DNA from: Nostoc punctiforme PCC 73102
GTDB taxonomy: Bacteria > Cyanobacteriota > Cyanobacteriia > Cyanobacteriales > Nostocaceae
Direction of reading: 5' to 3'
Assembly (NCBI RefSeq): GCF_000020025.1
Contig: NC_010628.1
Coordinates: forward strand, 5,760,001-5,792,000
DNA: 32,000 nucleotides
A program made the position numbers and the translations under genes. This document shows positions 6,641 through 16,192 of this stretch, piece by piece. Under the pieces are notes generated by a model. The model was not told the origin of the DNA, did no database searches, and was given only the letters and a program-made list of their open reading frames with translations. Positions within the stretch are counted from its first letter, which is position 1. Every line of letters starts with the position of its first letter.

Positions 6641-9064
6641 TTAATTAGAAGGTCTAAGTCTCTCGCGCCAGGATGGTTGTGGCGATGAAGAACCGGAAGA
6701 ACCGGAACTATTGTCGGGAGAGGAAGATCGGCGAGTTCTGGGAGCCGGGGGAGAGTCAGATTCTACTCTTCTAGAGCGTCGCCGAGGAGTAGATGATTCT
6801 GAAGAAGAGTTACTAGAATTTGATTCTTCACTGCGATCGCGCCTTCTCCGTCTTGGGGTAGAATCGCTTGATTGCTGTTCTTCTTGAGAATAGCTCCTCC
6901 TCCTTCTACGTCTCCTAGATGAACCGCTATCATCAGAATTTCTAGCCTTTTCCCCTTCTGAGTCATCATCAGAGTCAATAGAACGATTCAGCACTTGTTT
7001 GGGCTTGATTGACTGAGCTTTGATGGTACCTTTGCGGCCTTCTAGCTTGGGACGTTTAGGAAACTTTTCGACAGGCATCCCCTCTGCCGCTTTTTCCATA
7101 AATTCGTGCCAGGTGTAAGCGGCGCTGCCACTACTACCATAAGTGGGGCGGTTATCATCATTACCTAGCCAGACCCCTGTCACCATCTGGGGAATGTAGC
7201 CAATAAACCACAAATCGCGGGCTTCGTCTGAGGTGCCAGTCTTCCCAGCAACTGGTCTATTACCTAATTGGGCAGCAGCACCAGTCCCCTCTTCTACGAC
7301 GTTACGTAGCATCCAAGTCATGATAGCGGCACTGTCAGAGTCGAGGGCGCGTTTAGATTTGAAATTAGCTGACCAGATTACCTTACCTTGGCGATTGAGG
7401 ATGCGGGTAATACCATGAGGTTCTGTGTGCAATCCCTGAGTTGCAAAACTGCCATAAGCGCTGGTCAACTCCAGTAGATTTACTTCATTTGAGCCGAGAG
7501 CCAAGGAGTAGGTGGGCTTGAGTTCAGATTTTATTCCCATATCATGGGCAAGTTTAATCGTCGGCGTAAATCCGACATCAATCAACACCTTCACCGCAAT
7601 AATATTAATAGAGCGGGTGAGAGCATCTCGGATATTCATTGAACCCCGAAATCTTTCACTATAGTTTTTCGGTTCGTAGCCATCTACTACAAAGGGTGCA
7701 TCCTCGTAGCTATCATAGGGGCTTTTACCGCTAGCGATCGCAGTGGCATATACAAACCCTTTAAATGTCGATCCTGGCTGCCGTTGTGCCTGGGTAACTC
7801 GATTAAACTGGTTTTTACCAAAGTCTTTTCCTCCAACCATTGCCTTAATTTCACCGCTCCGGGGGTCAATGGCAACCATTGCTGCTTGTTTAAAGTTCTC
7901 CCAGCGCCCCTGATTTCGCAGCGTTTTGGCAACCGCCTCTTCTGCAACTTTCTGCCAAGTCGGGTTCAGCGTGGTTTCCACAACTAATCCCTCACTTGCC
8001 AGCACTTTAGCAGGAACGTACTTCGGCAATTCTTTTTGAATGTAGCTGGTAAAGTATGGTGATTCTACTTGTACTCGCTTGGGTAAACTGCTTTTAAGGG
8101 TTAGTGGTTCTTGGAGTGCTGCTTGCCTTTGCTCTGGTGTAATCACTCCATCCTCTTGCATCCGTTGCAATACCAGATTTCTTCGCCGGATTGCCGCTTC
8201 GGGATTCTTGTCTGGGGCGTATAAGCTAGGAGCGGGGGCTAATCCGGCGATCGTTGCCATTTCCGCAAGGGTAAGCTGGTCTGGCGATTTACTAAAGTAT
8301 ACCCAGGCGGCATCTGCCACACCATAAGCTCCACCTCCCAAATAAACCAGATTCAGGTAACGCTCTAGAATCTGATCTTTGGTTAATTCATGCTCCATTT
8401 TTTGTGCTAGGCGGACTTCCTTGAGTTTGCGCCAGATTGTCTGTTCTTGTTTCAAAAAGAGAATCCGCGTTAACTGTTGGGTGATGGTGCTACCACCTTC
8501 TACCACACCTTGCGATCGCAAATTATTCAAACCCGCTCTGACAATCCCTTGCGGGTCAAATCCGTTGTGTTGCCTAAATCTTCTATCTTCTGAGGCAATG
8601 AAAGCTTTTTTTAAATTATCTGGTATTTGTTCTAGCTTGAGCTGTTCTCTGGTAGCTTCACCTTGTTGTTGTAATATAGTTCCATCAGCAGCTTTGATGG
8701 TCAGTGTTTGCTCTCTCAGCACGGCGTTTAACTCGGCCTGATCTGGCAACGTGCGGTCTATTAGACTGATGCCGTAGATCGAGGCAACTATCCCACCACC
8801 TATACCCAAGCCTGCCCAAAACCATAAGCGACGATAGAGTGGTTTACCGCCAGTTGCCTGATTGACCTTAACCCTAGATGGTAAAATTTTCATTTTGCTC
8901 AGTAACTGCCTCGCCTGCGCCAGATGTGCTGATGGTAAGCTCTCATTCGTTCCTCCTTGTTCAGAGTCACTCAAATTAGTTGGTCTTCGCTTGAACCAGG
9001 AGGTAAGCTTCCCCACGTCAGTTCCTCGCTCAAAGTAGTAACTTATATAACCACTATCAATCAA
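6641..9064 (-). CDS. Class A penicillin-binding protein (PBP1A-type transglycosylase/transpeptidase) with a Ser/Arg-rich C-terminal tail
   Basis: GT51 motifs are EDRRFRQHNGFD, GGSTITQQL and RKLKE. Transpeptidase motifs are STFK, SIN and KTGT. The start is uncertain: TTG 9064, GTG 9016 or ATG 8893. Confidence 0.9.
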   Translation of the reverse strand: MIDSGYISYYFERGTDVGKLTSWFKRRPTNLSDSEQGGTNESLPSAHLAQARQLLSKMKILPSRVKVNQATGGKPLYRRLWFWAGLGIGGGIVASIYGISLIDRTLPDQAELNAVLREQTLTIKAADGTILQQQGEATREQLKLEQIPDNLKKAFIASEDRRFRQHNGFDPQGIVRAGLNNLRSQGVVEGGSTITQQLTRILFLKQEQTIWRKLKEVRLAQKMEHELTKDQILERYLNLVYLGGGAYGVADAAWVYFSKSPDQLTLAEMATIAGLAPAPSLYAPDKNPEAAIRRRNLVLQRMQEDGVITPEQRQAALQEPLTLKSSLPKRVQVESPYFTSYIQKELPKYVPAKVLASEGLVVETTLNPTWQKVAEEAVAKTLRNQGRWENFKQAAMVAIDPRSGEIKAMVGGKDFGKNQFNRVTQAQRQPGSTFKGFVYATAIASGKSPYDSYEDAPFVVDGYEPKNYSERFRGSMNIRDALTRSINIIAVKVLIDVGFTPTIKLAHDMGIKSELKPTYSLALGSNEVNLLELTSAYGSFATQGLHTEPHGITRILNRQGKVIWSANFKSKRALDSDSAAIMTWMLRNVVEEGTGAAAQLGNRPVAGKTGTSDEARDLWFIGYIPQMVTGVWLGNDDNRPTYGSSGSAAYTWHEFMEKAAEGMPVEKFPKRPKLEGRKGTIKAQSIKPKQVLNRSIDSDDDSEGEKARNSDDSGSSRRRRRRRSYSQEEQQSSDSTPRRRRRDRSEESNSSNSSSESSTPRRRSRRVESDSPPAPRTRRSSSPDNSSGSSGSSSPQPSWRERLRPSN

Positions 9065-9273
9065 CTTTGGGGTTAGTTCACCACCATTGTGTTAGTATAA
9101 TATCCTATAAATAATTAACTAAATTCACCATAAAATAATGTTTTTGAGATTTCGTTAATTAGTTTTGTAAAAACGCTGTAATTTTTATATCTCAAAATAT
9201 TGGCATTTCTGAAACAGGTATACCGAAGTATTCGCAAAGACAGCCCGAAAACAGCTTCCTTAAGGAGAGCGCG

Positions 9274-9789
9274 ATGCCCACGGTGAACTACGCCGAAGCA
9301 GAGCCAAGAAGAAGCGCCGTTGCCCTTGGTAGTAATATCGGCGATTCCCAGACAATTTTAGAAGCAGCTATAAAAACTTTAGCCCAAACGCCAGGTATTC
9401 TCTTAGAAGCTCAATCCAGGTGGTACCAAACCAAAGCTGTGGGGCCACCACAGCCAGATTATCTAAATGGCTGCGTGACATTGCAGGTAGAGATGCTACC
9501 CCAGCAGTTATTAGAAATTTTGTTAGGAATTGAACAACAATTTGGGCGTGTGCGTCAAGAACGGTGGGGGCCACGAACTCTAGATTTGGATTTGTTATTA
9601 TTTGATGACTTTATTGTAGATACACCAAATCTCCAGATTCCCCACCCACGAATGCGGGATCGGGCCTTCGTGTTAGTACCACTGGCAGAAATTGCCCCCG
9701 ATTGGATAGAACCAGTATCCGGGTGTGTTATTAAAGAACTGCTGAAAGAGGTAGACTGTTCTGATGTATATTTATCGATGGGCAATTAA
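9274..9789 (+). CDS. folK: 2-amino-4-hydroxy-6-hydroxymethyldihydropteridine diphosphokinase (HPPK)
   Basis: ALGSNIGD, PQPDYLN, RWGPRTLDLDLLL and IPHPRMRDRAFVLVPLAEI are present. AAGGAG lies upstream of the ATG. Confidence 0.9.
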   Translation: MPTVNYAEAEPRRSAVALGSNIGDSQTILEAAIKTLAQTPGILLEAQSRWYQTKAVGPPQPDYLNGCVTLQVEMLPQQLLEILLGIEQQFGRVRQERWGPRTLDLDLLLFDDFIVDTPNLQIPHPRMRDRAFVLVPLAEIAPDWIEPVSGCVIKELLKEVDCSDVYLSMGN

Positions 9790-9858
9790 AATTACCATCT
9801 TTAAAACACAGAAGAACGCTGATTTCACCTCTGTATTCACAGATAATCAGATTTTACT

Positions 9859-10407
9859 ATGCCATTAGGTAGAGAATTACCACAACTGCTGAAACAACGC
9901 TTGTTTTATAAAGGACGCAAGTTTGATTTTGAAGTTAATCGCTTGCGTTTGCCTAATAAATCAGAGGGGGAATGGGAATGTATTCGTCACCCTGGTGGTG
10001 CCCTAGCTGTGCCGGTGACACCAGAGGGCAAGCTTATACTGGTGCGCCAGTATCGTTTTGCAATTCAGGGACGGATATTAGAATTTCCGGCAGGAACTTT
10101 GGAAGCAAATGAAGAACCTTTAGAGACAATACAGCGCGAAATCGAAGAAGAAACAGGCTATAGTGCCCAAAAATGGGACAAATTAGGCGAATTTTTCCTA
10201 GCGCCTGGTTATTCTGATGAGATTATCTATGCTTTTCTGGCGCGAGATTTGGAAAAGCTAGAGACACCACCAGCACAAGATGGAGACGAGGATATCGAAA
10301 CTGTGTTTTTGACTCCCGAAGAATTAGAGAAAGCTATTCTGGAGGGAGAACCAGTAGATGCTAAATCAATTGCTAGCTTTTTTCTAGCGCGTCCGTTTTT
10401 AGTTTAA
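9859..10407 (+). CDS. NUDIX hydrolase, ADP-ribose pyrophosphatase-like
   Basis: It has a complete Nudix box, GTLEANEEPLETIQREIEEETGY, and an N-terminal beta domain typical of NudF-type enzymes. Confidence 0.85.
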   Translation: MPLGRELPQLLKQRLFYKGRKFDFEVNRLRLPNKSEGEWECIRHPGGALAVPVTPEGKLILVRQYRFAIQGRILEFPAGTLEANEEPLETIQREIEEETGYSAQKWDKLGEFFLAPGYSDEIIYAFLARDLEKLETPPAQDGDEDIETVFLTPEELEKAILEGEPVDAKSIASFFLARPFLV

Positions 10408-10414
10408 TACCCTT

Positions 10415-11260
10415 ATGCTGCTAGAGTTGGCGATCGCAGATGCCTACGGTGCAGGATTTGAATATGCTGATGAGATGATCGTTAACAACGATTTGAGTCG
10501 ATACGTCGAACATCCCCGTTTTCGACTCATTCCTGGCAGTTATACTGATGACACCCAGATGAGCATTGCCATTGCGGAAGTGATTGTTGCTCAAGCACCG
10601 TGGACACCACAAGTTTTAGCCGATAGCTTTGTTAGAGCTTTTAAACGCGATGAGAGAGAAGGTTATTCTCGAAACTTCTACCATTTTCTGCTAGAAATTC
10701 AGAATGGGGAAGAATTTTTAACCAAAATTAACCCTGATAGTGATAAAAGCGGGGGTGCAATGCGTGCAGCACCCATTGGCATCTATCCCACACCAGAAAA
10801 AGTCATTGAGGCGGCAACAATTCAAGCGGCAATTACCCACAATACACCCGATGGAATCAATGCTGCTGTTGCCGCTGCTTTGATGTCACATTATTTTATT
10901 TACCGACTGGGAGAAAAACGCAAATTAGGAGAGTTTCTCCAAAGTTATGTATCTGGGGAATGGGCTAAACCTTGGGAAGGTAAAGTCAAGTCTAAAGGTT
11001 GGATGAGTGTCAGAGCCGCAATTACTGCCGTGATGAGAAATGACAGCATGAGCGAACTTTTACAAGATTGTATCGCTTTTACAGGAGATGTGGATACAGT
11101 AGCTGCGATCGCCCTGGCTGCTGGTTCTTGTAGCGAAGAAATTACACAAGACATTCCCGATCATCTTGTCACAGGCTTAGAGAATGGAACTTACGGTAGA
11201 GATTACCTCATCAACTTGGATAAGCAGCTGATGAGTTTGGCAAACAAAAATATCAGCTAA
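10415..11260 (+). CDS. ADP-ribosylglycohydrolase family protein
   Basis: The N-terminal block is AIADAYGAGFEY ... YTDDTQMSIA and the C-terminal block is FTGDVDTVAAIALA, the metal-binding Asp/Thr blocks of the ARH/DraG fold. It starts 7 nt after the Nudix stop. Confidence 0.85.
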   Translation: MLLELAIADAYGAGFEYADEMIVNNDLSRYVEHPRFRLIPGSYTDDTQMSIAIAEVIVAQAPWTPQVLADSFVRAFKRDEREGYSRNFYHFLLEIQNGEEFLTKINPDSDKSGGAMRAAPIGIYPTPEKVIEAATIQAAITHNTPDGINAAVAAALMSHYFIYRLGEKRKLGEFLQSYVSGEWAKPWEGKVKSKGWMSVRAAITAVMRNDSMSELLQDCIAFTGDVDTVAAIALAAGSCSEEITQDIPDHLVTGLENGTYGRDYLINLDKQLMSLANKNIS

Positions 11261-11743
11261 ATGTAATACTCGGTTGCAAGCATTGCGTCTCCATCCATTT
11301 CTAGTAAAGATGCTGTCGCGTATAGCTTTCAAAAACTGTCATTGCTCCTTGCATTGCTTCCTGTCAAATTTTATCAATGGCTATATCCTCCATCCCTGGG
11401 GAAGCATTTGGGCAAATTTCCTAATTTTTAAGAGTGTGAGGCAAACTTAACCTTTTCAAATACTACGGTTTTTCGATATCATTACAGTGATTTAGTTAAA
11501 AATAAAGTAGCACTAGCCTTCACTATCTCCAAATTTGGGTAGTAAAGTACACATTGGTTGCTTACCTATATGCTTGTATGTTGAAAACATTAACCTATCA
11601 TTGAGGAATTTACTACTTATTAGTCACCTTGTCTAGAGTGATATGAAAATTGACTTAGCGCCAAAGTTATAAGAGCATAACGGCAAGAAGCTTACAACTC
11701 CTAAATATGTGTCCTGTGCTAGACGCATACATGTTTCACACAG

Positions 11744-12547
11744 ATGATAAAAAATAAAACTTTTAACAGTGCAGGTAAACTGACTGCTCTTTTGTTCCTG
11801 ATAACTCTCTTTCTTACGCCTTGTGTAATTGTAAATGCAGGAGAACGTGGCGTATTGATGAAATTTGGCGAAGTGCAAAACCAGATATTAGGAGAAGGAC
11901 TTCACTTAATTATTCCTGTAGTCAATACTGTGAAAAAGTTGAGTATTCGAGTCCAAAAGCAGGAAATCTCGGCTGAAGCTTCTTCCAAGGATTTACAAAA
12001 TGTTTTCGCCGATGTAGCTCTCAATTGGCATATTATTCCCCAGGAAGCAAATGTCATTTTTCAAGAAATTGGAGATGAACAAGCTGTAGTCATGCGGATT
12101 ATTAACCCAGCCGTTGAAGAAGTATTAAAAGCAGTAATAGCAAAGTATACTGCTGAAGAAATTATTACTAAGCGAGGAGAAGTCAAAGGTGCAGTAGATG
12201 ATGCGTTGTCTACACGGCTAGGTAACTATCACGTTGCAGTTGATGATATCTCTCTAGTTCATGTCCATTTTTCAGAACGATTTGGTGAGGCGGTAGAGGC
12301 GAAGCAGATTGCTGAACAAGAAGCAAAACGAGCAGAGTTTATCGCACTCAGAGCCACAAAAGAGGCTGAAGCAAAAGTTAATTTAGCCAAAGGAGAGGCT
12401 GAAGCACATAGATTATTACGTGATGGTTTAACTCCAGAAATCCTACAAAGGCAAGCAATAGAGAAATGGAATGGTAAGCTACCATTAATTGTAAACAAGG
12501 AGGCTCCAAAGCTATTGAATTTAAGTGAATTTTTAAAATTTGATTAA
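11744..12547 (+). CDS. Prohibitin/SPFH (band 7) family membrane protein
   Basis: It has an N-terminal TM helix, then GERGVLMKFGEVQNQILGEGLHLIIPVVNTV, and an Ala/Glu-rich coiled-coil C-terminus. Confidence 0.85.
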   Translation: MIKNKTFNSAGKLTALLFLITLFLTPCVIVNAGERGVLMKFGEVQNQILGEGLHLIIPVVNTVKKLSIRVQKQEISAEASSKDLQNVFADVALNWHIIPQEANVIFQEIGDEQAVVMRIINPAVEEVLKAVIAKYTAEEIITKRGEVKGAVDDALSTRLGNYHVAVDDISLVHVHFSERFGEAVEAKQIAEQEAKRAEFIALRATKEAEAKVNLAKGEAEAHRLLRDGLTPEILQRQAIEKWNGKLPLIVNKEAPKLLNLSEFLKFD

Positions 12548-12591
12548 AATTGATCTTATTTTGTAATTATTTTATCTCTACTGAGAGGATC

Positions 12592-12630
12592 AGATCCCCG
12601 ACTTCTTGAAGAAGTCGGGGATCTTTTTGT
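12592..12630. terminator. Bidirectional intrinsic terminator between convergent genes
   Basis: A perfect 14-bp stem, agatccccgacttc / gaagtcggggatct, has a 4-nt loop and is followed by ttttgttt. Confidence 0.7.
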
Positions 12631-12654
12631 TTCATAGAAACGCGATCAACTAAA

Positions 12655-13125
12655 TTAACCGTTGGCAAATAAAATGGGAGAATCGAGAATCTTCAACTGG
12701 ATCAATAGCAGAATCAAGAGGGTATAAGCTGTTGAAGAGATTAGACCCGTGAATAATTCTTTTTTGAGGTTATGCTCTTGAGGTTCTTTTTGAAAAATGT
12801 CCTTAGAACCGAATTGCATCAAGAGAATTCCCACAATATTAGAGAGCCAATATCCTATAATTGAACAAGGCAGAAGTAATTTTGGGGAAAGTAAACTACA
12901 TAGATACCCAAAACCATAAGCTATCGGCAGATTGAATAGTAGGTCATTCCACCAACATAGTGGTGACAATAAATATCCTAGTACCAGAAAAAATCCACCT
13001 CTGAGTTTTTTGAAAATGTCTTTTTTGAACTCTTCTGGAGTCGATTGTTGCAAATCCTTTAGGGCTTTGTCTCCTGTTACATTTAACTCTTCACTGACGT
13101 TTTGGACGCTTTCCATAAAACCCAC
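12655..13125 (-). CDS. Hypothetical polytopic membrane protein
   Basis: The 156-aa ORF has a charged N-terminus and three or four hydrophobic segments. The start is GTG 13125 or ATG 13116. I recognise no family. Confidence 0.5.
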   Translation of the reverse strand: MGFMESVQNVSEELNVTGDKALKDLQQSTPEEFKKDIFKKLRGGFFLVLGYLLSPLCWWNDLLFNLPIAYGFGYLCSLLSPKLLLPCSIIGYWLSNIVGILLMQFGSKDIFQKEPQEHNLKKELFTGLISSTAYTLLILLLIQLKILDSPILFANG

Positions 13126-13493
13126 TATTCCTATCGGCTTAGGGTATTATAGTATGTAAACTAAACCCAAGTCTAGTACAGGAGTGAGAACAATTTGGTT
13201 TTCTGATGCTGAAAGTTTTGCAAATACATAGTTTCAGCAAAATATTAAGAACTAAAATTGCGGTTTAACTTCAGATGTAAACTAATTTTTTATTGTTGCA
13301 CACATAGCAATCCTAAATCATGCGTGAGAATTTGAGATAGTTGTAACTCTCTTGTCATCTTGCCAATACTTTAAGGGAAGACGTTAGCCGGAGGGTAAAT
13401 TTTCTTCCAAATTATTTATGATTCTTATAAGCAAGGCGCAAATTTGGGCTAATAATAGCTACAATAAAAATATTGAGGCATCTTAATAGTAGT

Positions 13494-13766
13494 ATGACAG
13501 ATATAACTCCAAATAGTACGTTTTTAATAGCAGGAATTGTTTTTGTAACGATTGCTGTAATCGGGCAGTCTAAATTAGGTTTTATTGAAATTAATCCCGG
13601 TTGTTTTGGTCGACTTTTGGCTCTTTTTATCGGGATTTCAAGCCTATTATATGCCTTGGGATTACTCAATTTTTCAGGCGGAACTCTTGACTTATTAAGA
13701 ACTTCTTTAACAGAACAAGTTAAACAGGGTATAAGTTCAATCAATGAGCTTTTGCAAGGATCGTAG
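13494..13766 (+). CDS. Hypothetical small membrane protein (two predicted TM segments)
   Basis: It begins MTDITPNSTFLIAGIVFVTIAVIG and includes LLALFIGISSLLYALGLL. It competes with a fully antisense ORF (13412..13744, minus strand). The plus frame looks more protein-like and is followed by a terminator. Confidence 0.35.
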   Translation: MTDITPNSTFLIAGIVFVTIAVIGQSKLGFIEINPGCFGRLLALFIGISSLLYALGLLNFSGGTLDLLRTSLTEQVKQGISSINELLQGS

Positions 13767-13874
13767 TAGGTCTGGAAAATTATTTATGGGTGTATTTAAA
13801 TACCTTTTAGTTAAAAGTTTGTCTGAAAAAGGTTTAGTTGTGATTTAAGCACTCATTAATGTACTCAAGCTCTT

Positions 13875-13910
13875 AAAAAGGGGGAAAGCGGAATCACATT
13901 CCCCCTTTTT
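13875..13910. terminator. Bidirectional terminator-like hairpin
   Basis: aaaaaggggga ... tcccccttttt has A and T runs on both sides. It sits between the convergent genes ending at 13766 (+) and 13956 (-). Confidence 0.55.
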
Positions 13911-13955
13911 AATGGGTATTTAAGAGGATATAAAAGTCTTTAAGCAGACATAATA

Positions 13956-14714
13956 TCACTCCTCATTGATCAACTCTTTTTCTTCAGGGAGTAAGGTAGT
14001 TTCATCTTTGGGGAGTTCGCTATCTACGGATTTGACTTTAGTTATATACGGTTTGATAATTATACTGACACCAATTGTCCAAGCTAATGTAACCATCCAA
14101 CCTGCGAGAATGTCACTGGGAAAATGTACCCCCAGATAGAGACGACACCAGGCAATTGCTATTATGTATAAGCTGCCGAAGATAAGAACCAACCAGCGCC
14201 AAGAGCTAGCCCAAGTTAAGAATAGCAAAATTGCTACCAAAGTTACACTCGTCATAGCATGGCCACTGGGAAATGCAAAACTAGACTCAGGCGCAATGGA
14301 CTGCCACAATTGTGGACGAACTCGATGCATTAATTCCTTGGCTGTGCGGTTGATAATCACACTTCCCAGTGAGGCGGTGAGCAAATAAGCTAGCGATCGC
14401 CAGCGTTTTTGTAGTAGTAATATTAGTGCGATCGCACCCAAAATCGGTATCGCCATCCAAGGCAACCCAATGATAGCCAGCGTCACTGCGAAAACATCAA
14501 GCTGTGGGTTTGCTGTAGAATGAACTGCTAACAGAATAGGCACATCCCACGGGAAGCCTGCTTGATTCTCCCATATCTTCACTGTCAGAATTTCAAAGAC
14601 CTGCAAAGGTAAATAAACTCCGATCAACAGGATTAAGAGCGATCGCCAACGAGCAATCAACAGATTTTTGAGAAAAGAAAGCGGTGACTGACTCTCCTTA
14701 TTGGCTTTTTCCAT
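13956..14714 (-). CDS. PAP2-family lipid phosphatase (undecaprenyl-diphosphate / phosphatidic acid phosphatase type)
   Basis: All three PAP2 motifs are present: KELMHRVRP (Kx6RP), PSGH and CRLYLGVHFPSD (xRx5Hx3D). The protein is polytopic. Confidence 0.85.
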   Translation of the reverse strand: MEKANKESQSPLSFLKNLLIARWRSLLILLIGVYLPLQVFEILTVKIWENQAGFPWDVPILLAVHSTANPQLDVFAVTLAIIGLPWMAIPILGAIALILLLQKRWRSLAYLLTASLGSVIINRTAKELMHRVRPQLWQSIAPESSFAFPSGHAMTSVTLVAILLFLTWASSWRWLVLIFGSLYIIAIAWCRLYLGVHFPSDILAGWMVTLAWTIGVSIIIKPYITKVKSVDSELPKDETTLLPEEKELINEE

Positions 14715-14751
14715 AATCTAAGTTAAAAATACCGATTAACTACTTCACTGA

Positions 14752-15996
14752 TTACAAATTACTGGTGGAATTTTGAGAAGTTCCACAATGCTTACAGTAC
14801 GACAGATGTTTATAAGTAAGATTATGACAGTTTTGGCATTCAATGTACTGATAATAGCCACAGTGCGGACAGTAAGTATCAATCTGTCGAATTTTTTTAG
14901 CGCAATTGACACAGCGTGATTTTTGAACTCTACTAGCTGCCTGGACTTTAGCATTAAAAACAACTTTTTGAAAAAACTGAATAATTCCAAAACCAATAAT
15001 TGGAATCAGCAAAATATAAGCATAATTTATCAGGAAAAGCAACCCACCAAAAAAGGTGCTAATAATATTAAAGAAAAATTCAAATATTGCACCTATTTGC
15101 AGAAATTCAAATATTTTGACAATTAGTGGAATAAAAAATATAACTAGCAAATGCCAGCTAATTAGCGATACGAGTCCATATCCTCTTCTCTGAGCAAATT
15201 TGTGAACTGATAAGGCAATGATAATTAGAGGTAGTAGAAAGAGCGACTGAAAAGCAAGCTGGATACTTGGATACCAAAATGATGCCTGCTGATAACCTTT
15301 ATCAACTTCACGAAATTGATTGTCATCTTTAAGAAAGGCGATAAAACTAATGCTTTCTGGCTTGGCAAGCAATTCATTTTTAATAGTAGAAATTTCTTGT
15401 CTAAGAAGAGAAATTTGGCGATTATTTTGTTCTAATGTCTGTTTAGCTTTTTCAGCACTAACTTGATTAATTGATTGTTGACGACTCTGACCTGCAATTT
15501 TTTCTAAGAGCGTTGAGTCATATTGGGCTTCAATAGTGCTATTGGCTTGTGCAAGGGAACTGATTTTCGCTTGTTTCTGATCAATAGTTCTGATGATTTG
15601 CTGCTTTTCAGGATTGTTAAGTTTATCCTTGTAGCTGGCATATTGCAAACACGTTTGAGAAACCTTACCAAGATGTCCTACTTCAGCCTGTTGATAGTTT
15701 TTCTGAAAACTGAGTTGATTATTCTGGTGATCTGGCAATGAAAGTCTCACAATTTCATAGTCTTTATCTTTAGTGGTTTTTGCCCGGTAATTTTGCCACT
15801 CTGAATAACATGGATAAGCCTCGGTCGGGCTGATATGCCATCTGCTAATATCATCTAGTCCCGTAAAAACATTCATCAAGATAAAAATATCAATTAAAAT
15901 AATCACAATTAAACTCACTTTATTCAGTGGTTCGTTGTTGATTGTTCTTGATTTACTAAAAAATTGGCTCAAAATTCGGCGGATTCTGGCAAGCAT
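14752..15996 (-). CDS. Membrane protein with a central Gln/Asn-rich coiled-coil region and a C-terminal double zinc ribbon
   Basis: One N-terminal TM is followed by about 190 aa of coiled-coil-like sequence, a hydrophobic block, and then CVNCAKKIRQIDTYCPHCGYYQYIECQNCHNLTYKHLSYCKHCG (four CxxC pairs). ATG 15996 is preferred over the track's TTG at 16023. Confidence 0.65.
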   Translation of the reverse strand: MLARIRRILSQFFSKSRTINNEPLNKVSLIVIILIDIFILMNVFTGLDDISRWHISPTEAYPCYSEWQNYRAKTTKDKDYEIVRLSLPDHQNNQLSFQKNYQQAEVGHLGKVSQTCLQYASYKDKLNNPEKQQIIRTIDQKQAKISSLAQANSTIEAQYDSTLLEKIAGQSRQQSINQVSAEKAKQTLEQNNRQISLLRQEISTIKNELLAKPESISFIAFLKDDNQFREVDKGYQQASFWYPSIQLAFQSLFLLPLIIIALSVHKFAQRRGYGLVSLISWHLLVIFFIPLIVKIFEFLQIGAIFEFFFNIISTFFGGLLFLINYAYILLIPIIGFGIIQFFQKVVFNAKVQAASRVQKSRCVNCAKKIRQIDTYCPHCGYYQYIECQNCHNLTYKHLSYCKHCGTSQNSTSNL

Positions 15997-16192
15997 ATTA
16001 GTTGTGAATAAATGGAAATTCAATTCGAGTCAATTCTATATGAGAAGTAGTAATTAACTGGACAAAAATCCATCTATTCGTCTGAAGATTTGTTAATTAA
16101 TGATTTTCACGAAAATACCCAAAAAATCACTGAGGCTGCTTGGATAAATATTTTACACAATATAGGATGTTAAATACTTAATATTAATAAGT

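Noticed and set aside
6763-8741. Several 60-120 aa ORFs inside or antisense to the PBP gene (6763..6978, 7233..7418, 7687..7947, 7784..7987, 8079..8327, 8379..8741)
   Set aside because: They are shadow ORFs within a continuous 807-aa gene carrying all PBP motifs.
13412-13744. 110-aa minus-strand ORF
   Set aside because: It is Lys/Pro/Ile-rich without clear domain or TM logic, and the antisense partner on the plus strand looks more protein-like. I hold this only weakly.
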